A program made the translations under genes and the position numbers. A DNA stretch of 64,000 nt, from positions 11,974 through 75,973 of the forward strand of contig JBAYLH010000004.1 of the NCBI GenBank assembly GCA_041664165.1, given 5' to 3'. This DNA is from Candidatus Buchananbacteria bacterium (GTDB taxonomy: Bacteria; Patescibacteriota; Patescibacteriia; Buchananbacterales; UBA6539). The notes beneath the pieces are model-generated. The model saw only the letters and a program-made list of their open reading frames with translations, did not search any database and was not told where the DNA came from. This document shows, one piece after another, positions 25,267-35,272 of the stretch (position 1 is the stretch's first letter; each line of letters starts with the position of its first letter).

Positions 25267-26874
25267 TTAGGTCAGCTTGTCTTCTTCGACTATGGCTTCG
25301 GCGATAACCGGCCGCTTCAAAAATTTCTTTTTGAATGAATTAATGAATATTTCCAGTTCTTCGCTTTTAAGCAGCCAGCAGATGAGAAAATAAGCCGCTA
25401 AACCGACGGCGGTGGCGGCAATGGTCTGAGTGGCGACGCCGACAAAAGTCTGCAAACCCATTATTTTTTCAATCGGGTATTTGACGGCCTGAGCCGTGAT
25501 GGCCAGCATAAAGGTCGCCGTCATTATTTTTATCAAAGAAGCCGCAATTTTTTCTCCATCTAGCTTACCTAATCGGTAATGTAAAATCAAGACCAGCAAA
25601 AGCAAGTTTAAAATATTGGCCAAAGAAAAAGCTAAAGCCAGGCCGGAAACGCCGAATGGCTCAATTAACATTAATGACAGGATGATATTAGCGAAGGCCG
25701 CGATCAAACCGACATAAAAAGGCGTTTTACTGTCGCGCTGGGCGTAAAAAGCCCGAACTAAAACTAAAACTAGCGACTGGGCGAATAAGCTGAAAGCGAA
25801 AAGCGAAAGGGTTTCCAAAGTTAAAACCGTATCTTCCCAGTTAAAGCGGCCGGTGCCTAAAACCACTCTGACGATTTGCGCCCGCAAAATAATTAAAAGG
25901 GCTGAAGCCGGCAGTACAAAAAATAAAATCTGCCGGGAAGCCAAAGAAACCGAATCAATAAATTTCTTTTTGTTATTGGCTAATTCGGAAAAAGTCGGAA
26001 AAGCGGCAATGGCAAAAGAAACGCCAAAAAGGCCCAAAGGAAAACTTTGGATATTATTGGCTAAATTAAAAATAGTAATACTGCCGACAGCCAGAGTTGA
26101 ACCGATAATGGTAACGACTAAAAAATTTATTTGGGAAATTATCAAGCCGAAAGTCCGAGGCACCATCATTTTTAAAATTTCCCTCAAGCCTTTATCGGTC
26201 AGATCGAAAATCAGCTTATAACGGTAACCCAAAGAAATAACCATTGGAATTTGGATTAAAAGATGCATTAAAGCGCCCAAAACTACGCCCCAAGCTAAAC
26301 CATAAATTCCCCAGTACTTGGTAAAATACAAAGCTCCAATAATAATGCCGATGTTATAGAAAACCGGGGCAATTGAATAAATAAAAAATTTTTTAAACGA
26401 CTGCAAAACGCTGCCGATTAAGCCGGAGAGACCCAAAAAAATCGGGCTCAAAAACATAATTTGGGTCAGAGTCGTCGTAATTTTCAGTTCGGCCGACCCA
26501 AAACCGGGAGTAATTATTTTGACCAGCCAAGGTGCCAAAACGACAAAAAGACCGGAAATTATAATTAAAGCGACAAACATGACATTCAAACAAATATTGG
26601 TCAGCCGCCAAGCTTTTTCTTTGTTATTCAGGTAGCTGGTAAAAATGGGAATAAACCCGGCCGACAAAGCGCCTAAAACCAGCAGATTAAAAATTAAATC
26701 CGGAATCCGGAATGCCGCGTAATACATATCCAGCTCGGCGCCGGCCCCGAATTCGCCCGCCAAGACGCGGTCTCGCAAAACTCCGAGCAGCCGGGAAACC
26801 AAAGAAGCTGCCCCTAAAATTATGGCAGCCGAAGTGATGGTTTTTGATTGGCTGTTGAATATTTTTTTTAGCAT
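25267..26874 (-). CDS. murJ: lipid II flippase MurJ (MviN family)
   Basis: 535 aa, ~14 TM helices; N-terminal AIILGAASLVSRLLGVLRDRVLAGEFGAGAELDMYYAAFRIPD. Confidence 0.8.
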   Translation of the reverse strand: MLKKIFNSQSKTITSAAIILGAASLVSRLLGVLRDRVLAGEFGAGAELDMYYAAFRIPDLIFNLLVLGALSAGFIPIFTSYLNNKEKAWRLTNICLNVMFVALIIISGLFVVLAPWLVKIITPGFGSAELKITTTLTQIMFLSPIFLGLSGLIGSVLQSFKKFFIYSIAPVFYNIGIIIGALYFTKYWGIYGLAWGVVLGALMHLLIQIPMVISLGYRYKLIFDLTDKGLREILKMMVPRTFGLIISQINFLVVTIIGSTLAVGSITIFNLANNIQSFPLGLFGVSFAIAAFPTFSELANNKKKFIDSVSLASRQILFFVLPASALLIILRAQIVRVVLGTGRFNWEDTVLTLETLSLFAFSLFAQSLVLVLVRAFYAQRDSKTPFYVGLIAAFANIILSLMLIEPFGVSGLALAFSLANILNLLLLVLILHYRLGKLDGEKIAASLIKIMTATFMLAITAQAVKYPIEKIMGLQTFVGVATQTIAATAVGLAAYFLICWLLKSEELEIFINSFKKKFLKRPVIAEAIVEEDKLT

Positions 26875-28040
26875 AGTTTGGCGGTTTGTTCGGCGATCAT
26901 TAATTCTTCGTTAGTCGGAATTACTAAATTTTGAGCTTTCGGCCATGATTTTTTGAAATCTTTCATCACCAATCTTCTGACATCGGCATTTCTTTCGCCG
27001 GTGCCAGCGGTAAAAATAACATAATCAACGCCGCCCATCAGCGTGGCGTAATTGCCTAAATAGCGCAAAATATTATAGGTAAACATTTTCAAAGCCAGCT
27101 TGGCCAATTTTTTTTCTTTTTGGTTAAATTTTTTGGGCGGAGTATAACCAGGAATTTTATAGCCCGCGGCAATCATGATGTCGCGCATGTCGTTACTGTA
27201 GCCGAAAATTCCCAAAAGGCCGGATTTTTTATTAAGAATTTCTTCAACTTCGTCAATATTCAAACTTAATTTTTTCATTAAAAAGAAAGCAACTGACGGA
27301 TCCAAATTGCCGCTTCGGGTTCCCATCATTAAACCCTCCAGGGGTGTAAAGCCCATTGAAGTTTCTATTGCTTTGCCATATTTAGTAGCCGTAACGGAAC
27401 AGCCGGAACCAAGATGGCAGGTAATTAATTTTAGCTTAGTCAATGGTTTTTTCAGTTTTTCCGCCGCGGTAATGGCGACATACTGATGGGATATGCCGTG
27501 AAAACCATAGCGTCGAATGCCGAAATCCAAGTAATATTTATAAGGAATCGCGTAAAAATACGCATAATCGGGAATAGTTTTATAAAAGGCCGTATCGAAA
27601 ACCGCCACATTTTTAATCTTAGTCATGGTTTGCAGGCAAGTTTTGATGCAGGCAAGATTAACCGGGTTATGAAGCGGCGCGAGCTGGCTAAAATTTTCCA
27701 GTTTAGGCAGATTTTTTTGGGTAATCACGGTCGGCTCGGTAAAAAGATTGCCGCCATGAACTACCCGATGGCCGATAATTTTTATCTTTTTCTTCCAGTG
27801 GTTTAAATGAGTCAAGACGATCTGCAAAGCCTGGTTATGGTCAGTAATCCCTTCCGGATAATTTTTCATCACCATTCTTTTTGAAGAATTTTCCGAAATA
27901 CTGATAAAAGAACCGGGCAAGCCGATTTTTTCAACAATTCCCGAAACGGCAATACTAAAATCGATTTCGTGAAAAATTTTAAATTTTAGAGTCGCCGAAC
28001 CGGAGTTGATAACCAAAATATACTGTTTTAGCTTGGCCAT
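26868..28040 (-). CDS. ackA: acetate kinase
   Basis: 390 aa; ILVINSGSATLKFKIF, RVVHGG, CHLGSGCSV, LEGLMMGTRSGNLDP. Confidence 0.85.
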   Translation of the reverse strand: MAKLKQYILVINSGSATLKFKIFHEIDFSIAVSGIVEKIGLPGSFISISENSSKRMVMKNYPEGITDHNQALQIVLTHLNHWKKKIKIIGHRVVHGGNLFTEPTVITQKNLPKLENFSQLAPLHNPVNLACIKTCLQTMTKIKNVAVFDTAFYKTIPDYAYFYAIPYKYYLDFGIRRYGFHGISHQYVAITAAEKLKKPLTKLKLITCHLGSGCSVTATKYGKAIETSMGFTPLEGLMMGTRSGNLDPSVAFFLMKKLSLNIDEVEEILNKKSGLLGIFGYSNDMRDIMIAAGYKIPGYTPPKKFNQKEKKLAKLALKMFTYNILRYLGNYATLMGGVDYVIFTAGTGERNADVRRLVMKDFKKSWPKAQNLVIPTNEELMIAEQTAKLC

Positions 28041-28147
28041 AGCTGACTGAAATTAGTCTAATTTAGATTTAACAATCATGGCAACCACCACGCCGATAAA
28101 AATTACGATTAGCACAAACCACATTTGTCCGCTGTTCATATATTTTA

Positions 28148-28720
28148 TTAAATTATAAGTTCGCCTTTAGCGGCTTCGGTAATGCCCGCCGCGTTAGCTT
28201 CATCGGTATCAAGATGAATTCTTGGCTTAAAATTCGGATTAACCCTGACCAAAACCTGGTGAAGCGTCAGGCTCCGCCGGCCGGGAATTTTAACGGAAAT
28301 CAGCCGGCCGTCAGTCAGCTTTAATTTTTCAGCGGTTTTGGGATCAGTATGAAAATGCCGCTGGGCAATGATTAAAGCGCAGCGCGAAACTTTGCCCTTG
28401 GGACCGATGATTTCAGCTATCAAACAGCTGCCGGCCTTTTGGGGACAGGTGCACTCGACTACCGGCGGCTTGACTTTCAAATGATAAGCTTCGGTTTGGG
28501 AAATTTCCACCTGGGTATTTTTTCTTTCCGGCCCTAAAATCCTGACATTTTCTAAAATTTTTCCGCCGACTTTTATCTTTACCATTTCTCGGCAGGCAAA
28601 CTGCCCGGTTTGCGATAATGATTTAATCGGCGTTAACTTGTAATTTGAGCCATAAATAGCATCCAAATCAACCCGAGAGATATGGCAATGATGGGCGGAA
28701 ATTTCAATAATTACTTTCAT
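28148..28720 (-). CDS. PduL/EutD-type phosphate acyltransferase (phosphotransacetylase)
   Basis: 190 aa; SAHHCHIS, LSQTGQFAC, VRILGPERKNTQVEISQTEAY, RHFHT, HLDTDEANAAG, consistent with the two-repeat PduL fold. Confidence 0.65.
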   Translation of the reverse strand: MKVIIEISAHHCHISRVDLDAIYGSNYKLTPIKSLSQTGQFACREMVKIKVGGKILENVRILGPERKNTQVEISQTEAYHLKVKPPVVECTCPQKAGSCLIAEIIGPKGKVSRCALIIAQRHFHTDPKTAEKLKLTDGRLISVKIPGRRSLTLHQVLVRVNPNFKPRIHLDTDEANAAGITEAAKGELII

Positions 28721-29745
28721 ATTTTTTGTTTAAATGATTTTAATTTTTCCTCTAATTCCTGACGTGAAAGCAAACCATTTTGAGCCCCAACTTCAGTTAA
28801 GACCGAAGCGCTATTAATCATCCCCCATTTCAAAGCCTTGCCAATATCAGTTTTATTAATGATTAATCCGGCTAAAAAGCTTGAACCAAAAGCATCGCCC
28901 ACCCCGGTAGTATCCAAAACTTTAGCTTTAAAAATATTTTGGCGATAAATTTTTTTGCCGTCATAAGCCCAGGCGCCTTTTTTGCCGCCGGTAATTACCA
29001 CGATTTTTGGTCCCCATTCGTGTAAAATATTCAAAAGATAGACCGGCTGATTCAAAAAATTAGGATTTCGCCGGCCCAATTTAACACCCGACAAAACTAA
29101 TTCGATCGCTTCGTCCTTATTTAAAATTAAAACTTGAGTTTGCTCCAAATAAACCGCTAAAGCTTTTTTACCGGCCGCCAGCTGCAAATTTCCCGGATTC
29201 CAGGCGATTTTAGTCTGGTTTTTCGAGGCTGACTTGAAAATTTCTTTTAAAGCGACGACCCAGTTTTTACCTGATAAAGAAGTAAGATAAAACCAATGGC
29301 TGGCCGGCGCTCCTAATTTTGAAGCGTTAATTGAAAGCATTTCGTTAGCGCCGCGGGAAGAAAAAACAATGTGTTCCCGGTCTTTTTTGTCGGTCGCAAT
29401 AATGAAAGAAAAGCCGCTGTGATTTTTATTGTCTAGCTGAATCAAGCCGGTATTAACTTTCTGTTTTTTCAGGTTATTAACAATTTCCCTGCCGATTTCA
29501 TCCCGGCCGATTCGAATGATAGCGGCCGTCTTGAAGCCGAGTTTGGAAAACGAAACGGCTGAATTGGCCGCCCCGCCGCCGAAATTTAAATAGACTTCCT
29601 TGGCATTGATTTTTCCGCCATATTCAAAAGCTAGCATTTTCGGCGTGGCTAAATTTTGGGGGGTGGAAAAAATTTTTCCCTGATCGGTATAAAAGGTAAA
29701 ATCCTTAACCGCGCCGCCGATGGTAATTATATCTGATTTAATCAT
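28717..29745 (-). CDS. PfkB-family carbohydrate kinase (ribokinase-like)
   Basis: 342 aa; GGAVKDF, GGGAANSAVSFSKLGFK, DTTGVGDAFGSSFLAGL. Confidence 0.75.
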   Translation of the reverse strand: MIKSDIITIGGAVKDFTFYTDQGKIFSTPQNLATPKMLAFEYGGKINAKEVYLNFGGGAANSAVSFSKLGFKTAAIIRIGRDEIGREIVNNLKKQKVNTGLIQLDNKNHSGFSFIIATDKKDREHIVFSSRGANEMLSINASKLGAPASHWFYLTSLSGKNWVVALKEIFKSASKNQTKIAWNPGNLQLAAGKKALAVYLEQTQVLILNKDEAIELVLSGVKLGRRNPNFLNQPVYLLNILHEWGPKIVVITGGKKGAWAYDGKKIYRQNIFKAKVLDTTGVGDAFGSSFLAGLIINKTDIGKALKWGMINSASVLTEVGAQNGLLSRQELEEKLKSFKQKI

Positions 29746-29760
29746 AGCCTTGATAAATTA

Positions 29761-31317
29761 TTATTTTTCATTTTTAGCAATTGGCAGGCTGAAATAAAAA
29801 GTCGATCCTTGCCCCAAAACGCTGGTAAACCAAATATCCCCTTGGTGGAGATTAATAATCGATTTAGTGATATATAAACCCAAGCCAGTGCCTTCGGTTT
29901 CTGATTTTAAGACTTTCTTGCTGCGGAAAAATCGGGTGAAAAGTTTCTTTTGGTCGGCCGGCGAAATTCCAATGCCGGTATCGGCAACGGCAATGACCAA
30001 GTAGCCGTTTTTATTCTTAGTATAAGAAGTACTGGCGGTAATTAGCTCGGCGGTTTGCTTTTTAATTTTTTCGCCGGTAGTTTTTTCAACCGAAATGATT
30101 ACCTTGCCGTTTTCTTTGGTATATTTAATCGCGTTGGAAACTAAATTAGTGATTACCTGAGCCACCCGGTTGCCGTCAGCGATCACCGGCGGCAGCGAAC
30201 TTTTTTTGTTCTGCCACTCGATTGCCACTTTCTTTTTTGCCGCTTCGGCCGAAAACCCGGTGATCACGTCGGAAATTATGGTTGAAATTTTTATTGGTTT
30301 TGACTCGATCTCGAATTTGCCCTCTTGCAGTTTGGCCAGATTCAAAAGATCACGGACTAAAATCAATAATCTTTCATTACCGCGATAAACCTGATCAATT
30401 AATTCCAGCTGCTCGTCGTTTAATTTACCCGATTTTTGGCTTTTTAACATTTCCAGGCTCCACTTGGTAATGCCGAGCGGCGCTTTAAGTTCGTGAACGG
30501 TAATTGAGACAAATTCTCTTTCCTTTTTTAAAACTTCTTCCGGTTTTTCTTTGAGCCCGTTATTAGAATGGTTAAATTGATTTTCTCCAATCGGCAGGTA
30601 TAAAGAAAAGACGGTTTTAATATTTTTTTGGCTGGTAAACTCAATTTTACCGCCGCTAGCCTCGATTATTTTTTTGGCGAGGTATAAATCTAAACCCAGC
30701 CCTTCGGTTTGGGCTTTCATCGCATTGCTGCCCCGAAAAAATTTGGTAAAGACCAAGCTGAGCTGGTTCGGTGGAATGCCGATGCCATTATCTTGAATTT
30801 CAAACAATAAATAATCTTTGGCTTTTTTTAAGCTAATTTTAATTTTACCCTTAGCCTGGCTGTATTGAATTGAATTATCAATTAACGAACTGATAATTGA
30901 CTCAAGATAAGGTGAATCAATATAAGCCTTGGGCAGATTATCGCCGGTTTTAAAACTAATCAGGCAATTTGAGGCCGCCGCAAACTCTTGGCAATTCACC
31001 AGGGCATTTTTAATCATTGCCGCGACGTCGACAAATTGAGGCGTTAACTGAATTCCTTTTTCCTCGAAATCAGCCACGCGAAGCAAATCGCCGACCACTT
31101 TAACCATGAATTTGTTACTCTGGTAAGCTCCCTGAAGTGTTTCCCGCTGCTTGTCGGTTAATGGCCCCAATTTACCGCTTAAAACATTATCCAACGACCA
31201 GCGAATCGCCGAAATCGGCGTCCGGAGCTGATGCGAAGCGATGGTGATAAAATCACTTTTTATTTCTTCGATCTTACTGGTTTTTCCGACTGAACTTTCT
31301 TTTTTGATCTTTGGCAT
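29761..31317 (-). CDS. soluble sensor histidine kinase with two tandem HisKA-HATPase_c modules
   Basis: 518 aa, no TM. H-boxes ASHQLRTPISAIRW and HELKAPLGITKWSLEML. Two G-boxes DNGIGIPPNQ...GLGLDL and DTGIGISPADQ...GTGLGLYI. Confidence 0.7.
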   Translation of the reverse strand: MPKIKKESSVGKTSKIEEIKSDFITIASHQLRTPISAIRWSLDNVLSGKLGPLTDKQRETLQGAYQSNKFMVKVVGDLLRVADFEEKGIQLTPQFVDVAAMIKNALVNCQEFAAASNCLISFKTGDNLPKAYIDSPYLESIISSLIDNSIQYSQAKGKIKISLKKAKDYLLFEIQDNGIGIPPNQLSLVFTKFFRGSNAMKAQTEGLGLDLYLAKKIIEASGGKIEFTSQKNIKTVFSLYLPIGENQFNHSNNGLKEKPEEVLKKEREFVSITVHELKAPLGITKWSLEMLKSQKSGKLNDEQLELIDQVYRGNERLLILVRDLLNLAKLQEGKFEIESKPIKISTIISDVITGFSAEAAKKKVAIEWQNKKSSLPPVIADGNRVAQVITNLVSNAIKYTKENGKVIISVEKTTGEKIKKQTAELITASTSYTKNKNGYLVIAVADTGIGISPADQKKLFTRFFRSKKVLKSETEGTGLGLYITKSIINLHQGDIWFTSVLGQGSTFYFSLPIAKNEK

Positions 31318-31344
31318 ATCTAAAATTATAGCATAAATTTTTCA

Positions 31345-31390
31345 AACATAAAACCCCCGGCTAGTCAGAGCCGGAGGCATAAAACCTGCA
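31345..31390 (-). terminator. terminator downstream of the CAP-domain gene
   Basis: Minus strand CCUCCGGCUCUGACUAGCCGGGGG then UUUUAUGUUUG. Confidence 0.45.
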
Positions 31391-31402
31391 ATAATCTTCA
31401 TT

Positions 31403-32503
31403 TTACAAAATTAAAATATTACTCGCCACCTGCTCAACAAAATGAAATTTTACTAAAATCATTGCTAAGAGCAAAGCGATCAAGGCGACGCTTTGCAAAA
31501 TAACCGAAGGATGCTGAATGTCAATCCGGATAAAAATATTTAAAATTAAAGAAATTATCATAAAAATCAAAAAGGCAATAAAGAAAATGTTTGAGTACTC
31601 AATGACAAAATCAATTAACTTTCTCGTATTATCAGTTGTAACCGTTATCACCCCCTCATTATTGGGTAAAAGGCTGCCGGGTAGGCCATTCTCGCTAATA
31701 TTGACATTATCATCAATGTTTTGTTCCCCGGCTACTTTTGGTTTTTTGACCGTTTCTTCGGGCGTTATCTTTGGTTTAGCCGTTACCGGTTGTTCGACCG
31801 GCTTACCAGCCGCAAGCGAGCTCAGATCCTTTCTCTGAGTACCAAAAAATTCAACTAACAAAGTCGTTCGGTGGCCGGAAAGCTGGCCGCTCAAAACAGC
31901 AACGCCGATTTCCTTGTATTTATTATTCAAAATATTGCGCCGGTGAGTCGGGCTTTTCAAGAAAGCTTCGGAAACATCTTCGGCATTGGTAAAATCCATA
32001 GCGAGATTTTCGCCCGCGTAAACGTAGTCGTATTCCGATCGGTCAATCCATTGCCAGGGTTTTTTGCCTTCCGGCGTATCGTGGGCAAAGTAATTGCGGT
32101 TAATCATGTCTTGTCCCTTTAGCTCGGCAAATTTAACCAAAACAAAATTTTCTTTTAACGGTTCTACTCCGGCTTCCACTCGCGATTTATTGACTAAAGA
32201 GATAATATTTTTGGAAATTATGGCTGAAAGCTGAGCCGGCGTCGGATAAGTAAAAAATAAAAAACCGGTCACTATTACTTTGACTAAAATGGCGGCAACG
32301 GCAAAATTAATCAGGCTTTTTGACCTTAAAACTTTCGGCTGGTGATTGTTGCCCGAATAAGGAATAAAGAGATCTTTGAGCAAATTGGCTGAATCACGAA
32401 AAAACCGGGGAAAGTTTTCTTGACCCCGAGATAATTCTTTAATTTCCCGCTTTTGACCGGCAAAGAATTTATGCCACTTGGATTGTTTTTTAGAATTAAA
32501 CAT
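31403..32503 (-). CDS. CAP (SCP/PR-1-like) domain protein, membrane-anchored
   Basis: 366 aa. N-terminal [15 protein letters not shown] motif, then a TM helix. CAP core NRNYFAHDTPEGKKPWQW...GENLA...SPTHRRNIL..YKEIGVAV; C-terminal TM anchor. Paralogue of 55834..57735. Confidence 0.65.
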   Translation of the reverse strand: MFNSKKQSKWHKFFAGQKREIKELSRGQENFPRFFRDSANLLKDLFIPYSGNNHQPKVLRSKSLINFAVAAILVKVIVTGFLFFTYPTPAQLSAIISKNIISLVNKSRVEAGVEPLKENFVLVKFAELKGQDMINRNYFAHDTPEGKKPWQWIDRSEYDYVYAGENLAMDFTNAEDVSEAFLKSPTHRRNILNNKYKEIGVAVLSGQLSGHRTTLLVEFFGTQRKDLSSLAAGKPVEQPVTAKPKITPEETVKKPKVAGEQNIDDNVNISENGLPGSLLPNNEGVITVTTDNTRKLIDFVIEYSNIFFIAFLIFMIISLILNIFIRIDIQHPSVILQSVALIALLLAMILVKFHFVEQVASNILIL

Positions 32504-32609
32504 AGTGGTCTGAATTCAACTGTTTTATTATATCATAAGATGATAACTTTGTCAAACAAATCTACAAAAAATGGCTAATTTTAGATAATTTTTTAACTAA
32601 AAACTAGGT

Positions 32610-33860
32610 TTACTCGTCATTAAAAGGCGAAAAATTTTCTGGCATGTCCAAAATTGGCCTTTTTTTTCTGAAGCCGGAAAGCAAGATCAAAGCTAAAAAT
32701 AAGGTAACCAAGAGCCAAACCGTCAGCCAGCATTGCGGATAGCCCATGGCTAACGGCACGATGATGATGATTGATACCAGCCACCAAAGTTTTTTAGCTA
32801 AAGAGTTAGCGGTTCTTTGGCCATAAGTTCGTAAAATGGCGATTACGACTGCGTTTAAAATAAATATCAGCCAAATGGCGGTTTGGCAATTTTGAGGCTG
32901 GCTGTCCTGAGCTTTGCCGGCGGCAACTTGATTGTTATCTTTTGACTCATTAAATTGTTTCTCTCCCAAAACATTGGTTTCAGTCTGAACGCCATTAGCC
33001 AGGATGTTGCCTTGGTATTTAGTAATTTTTTCGCCCAAAACCGCCGGATTGTTATTTGATAAAGCGGCATTTTGTCCGGTTGATTTTGCCATCGTAAAAT
33101 TCAGCTCTGAACTGAAAATTCTTGCTGCCCCGCGCCATTGCTTCGGATCCGCCAAGCTTACTATTCGATAATAATAGGTAGCACCCGGCCTCAAACCGGT
33201 TAGAATAACCGAGTGATAAGTCATTGTCTCAAAATTAAAACCAGACGATAACGGGTAATTAAGGTTATTATCAGTTAAAGAAAGCTGGTTACCGGTTTTT
33301 GATGATTCGCCAAAGACAACCTGACTGGTGGCAGCGTGCGTCGTAAACCAAATAATTTTGATTGAATCTGCCGAAAGATAATTAACCGAAATATTAGAAA
33401 TCAAAAGCATCGGCCCAAATCCCCTTTCCGGCCGGCTAATCTGATAAGCGGCAATGTTTAAATTTAACCTGGCTGCCGGTTTCAATCTAACCAAAAAATC
33501 GGTTGTTTTGACCGGTTGCCAGCCATTAGGCAGTTTAACTTTAACCTGGTAATTGCCGGCGGCTTCAAGCAAGCCAAAATAATAATAGCCAGCATCGTCA
33601 GTTTGACTGGTTTTAACCAAATTTTGTCCCTGATATAAAGCGACGGGAAATCCGGCGGCTCCTTTTTCGCCAAGGTCTAAAATTTTGTTAAGGTTTAAAT
33701 CTTCAAAAACCAATCCGGAAATTGAGCTCAAACCTTGAGCTGAAACCGGTGCCAGGCAATAGCCGAATAAACCGCCAAAAATTAACAACAAAAACAACCC
33801 TAGCTTAGCAGAGTTGTTTTTATTCCCTCCAAAGCGGAAAAAACTCATTTCTAAAGACAT
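32610..33860 (-). CDS. secreted/anchored protein with SdrD/Cna-B-like fold domain and FN3-like domain
   Basis: 416 aa. Signal/TM N-terminus; GLVFEDLNLNKILDLGEKGAAGFPVALYQGQNLVKTSQTDDAGYYYF...GNYQVKV (Cna B-type). Two C-terminal TM helices. Confidence 0.5.
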   Translation of the reverse strand: MSLEMSFFRFGGNKNNSAKLGLFLLLIFGGLFGYCLAPVSAQGLSSISGLVFEDLNLNKILDLGEKGAAGFPVALYQGQNLVKTSQTDDAGYYYFGLLEAAGNYQVKVKLPNGWQPVKTTDFLVRLKPAARLNLNIAAYQISRPERGFGPMLLISNISVNYLSADSIKIIWFTTHAATSQVVFGESSKTGNQLSLTDNNLNYPLSSGFNFETMTYHSVILTGLRPGATYYYRIVSLADPKQWRGAARIFSSELNFTMAKSTGQNAALSNNNPAVLGEKITKYQGNILANGVQTETNVLGEKQFNESKDNNQVAAGKAQDSQPQNCQTAIWLIFILNAVVIAILRTYGQRTANSLAKKLWWLVSIIIIVPLAMGYPQCWLTVWLLVTLFLALILLSGFRKKRPILDMPENFSPFNDE

Positions 33861-33876
33861 AACTAATCAATTTTAT

Positions 33877-34953
33877 TTATTTTGCTTTTAGGCCGCCGCC
33901 AGTATAGCGATTTGAAGCATTCCATAAAAACCAGCCATTACCCCCGGCCTCATCACTGGCCCGAATTTGAGTCCTGATCATTTCCGGCGTGTATTTTGTC
34001 CCCAAGTCAAAAGCTTGCAGCCATGGTCGGAGCTTCGTTTGGCTGGCTTCGAATTTGTCTTTGACCCGGATCAAACTGCGATAAATTACCTCATAAGGAT
34101 GCTCCGCTGGATTGGCGAATTTTTCAAACCCGGCCGGATAATGGGAAGGATAAACCATCGGACAAATATAGTCAAAATTGTTAATCGCATCCTCAAACCG
34201 CTGGCCGATGTTCAAGCCGTCGGAACGCCACAAAACCATGCCGAATAAGTCAGCGGAAGTGATGATCGGATAAAATCTAAGAGTTTGATGAACGTATTGA
34301 TAAAAATCGGCCATTGCTTTGGCCTTGCCTTCATAAGTGGCATTGTCTAAATTAGCATAGACAATTTGTTTAATATTGCCGTCGGACGGAAAACGAATGT
34401 AATCAAAGTTTACCTCGTCAAAGCCGATTTCAGCCGCCGCTTTAGCTAAATCTAAGTTATAGTCCCAAACTAGCTTTTGGGTCGGATCAACCCAGGAAAG
34501 CCCCTTAAAATCATGCCAAATGCCTCCTCCTGCGGTCTTTAAAGCAATGTCAGGCCGTTTTTCCGCCAAATAGGGATCTTGAAAAACGGCAATCCGGGCG
34601 ATGGTGTAAATCCCCTTTTGTTTCAGCTCTTTCAGCCACTCGGCTAAATCGGGAATTCGAACCTCTTCGGACTTAATTTCGTCGGCTAGCGGAATGGCTG
34701 TTTCAAAAAAAATTTTACCGCTATAGTCTTTGATGTCAATTACCACCGAATTAAGCTCGGTTTTTTCGATTAAATCAACCAATTCCTGCCGTCTTGATTT
34801 TGAACCGGCGGTATAGGCAGTCAGGTAAATTCCCTTACTTTCAATTTTTTCCGGCTTGCTGACAACCTGATAGCTGGAATTATTCAGCGCTAAGACAAAA
34901 GAAAAAAACAGAATTGACGTCAGAGTCAGCAAATTGACTAAAGTAACTAGCAT
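33877..34953 (-). CDS. putative secreted glycoside-hydrolase-like TIM-barrel protein (DUF4015/GHL-type), tentative
   Basis: 358 aa with signal peptide; GIYLTAYTAGS...VVIDIKDYSGKIFFE...IYTIARIAVFQDPYLAEKRPDIALK. Confidence 0.4.
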   Translation of the reverse strand: MLVTLVNLLTLTSILFFSFVLALNNSSYQVVSKPEKIESKGIYLTAYTAGSKSRRQELVDLIEKTELNSVVIDIKDYSGKIFFETAIPLADEIKSEEVRIPDLAEWLKELKQKGIYTIARIAVFQDPYLAEKRPDIALKTAGGGIWHDFKGLSWVDPTQKLVWDYNLDLAKAAAEIGFDEVNFDYIRFPSDGNIKQIVYANLDNATYEGKAKAMADFYQYVHQTLRFYPIITSADLFGMVLWRSDGLNIGQRFEDAINNFDYICPMVYPSHYPAGFEKFANPAEHPYEVIYRSLIRVKDKFEASQTKLRPWLQAFDLGTKYTPEMIRTQIRASDEAGGNGWFLWNASNRYTGGGLKAK

Positions 34954-35023
34954 ATATAGCTATTTTAGCATAGTTTAGCTAAAGAAAAAGACCGCTTGAA
35001 AATCGAAGCATTTTTTGGTCAAA

Positions 35024-35260
35024 TTATTTTAGCGGCGATTTTGATTTAGCCAGCAAGACCGCGCTTAGACCAAAGGCAATGGTGAAAAAAATTGCGCCGT
35101 AAAAGCAGGGCGTTAAGAATGGATTTTTTACCCCGACCGCGCAGCCAAAAGTGCCAGCGGTTTGGTTCAGCCAGTTAGCCAATTCAACAAAAAAATTAAC
35201 CCAGGCAAAGCTGACGCCGGCCAAAAGGATGACAAATTGGGTGATAATGATTTTGCGCAT
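35024..35260 (-). CDS. hypothetical small membrane protein
   Basis: 78 aa, three hydrophobic segments. Confidence 0.4.
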   Translation of the reverse strand: MRKIIITQFVILLAGVSFAWVNFFVELANWLNQTAGTFGCAVGVKNPFLTPCFYGAIFFTIAFGLSAVLLAKSKSPLK

Positions 35261-35272
35261 AATTTTTTAAAA

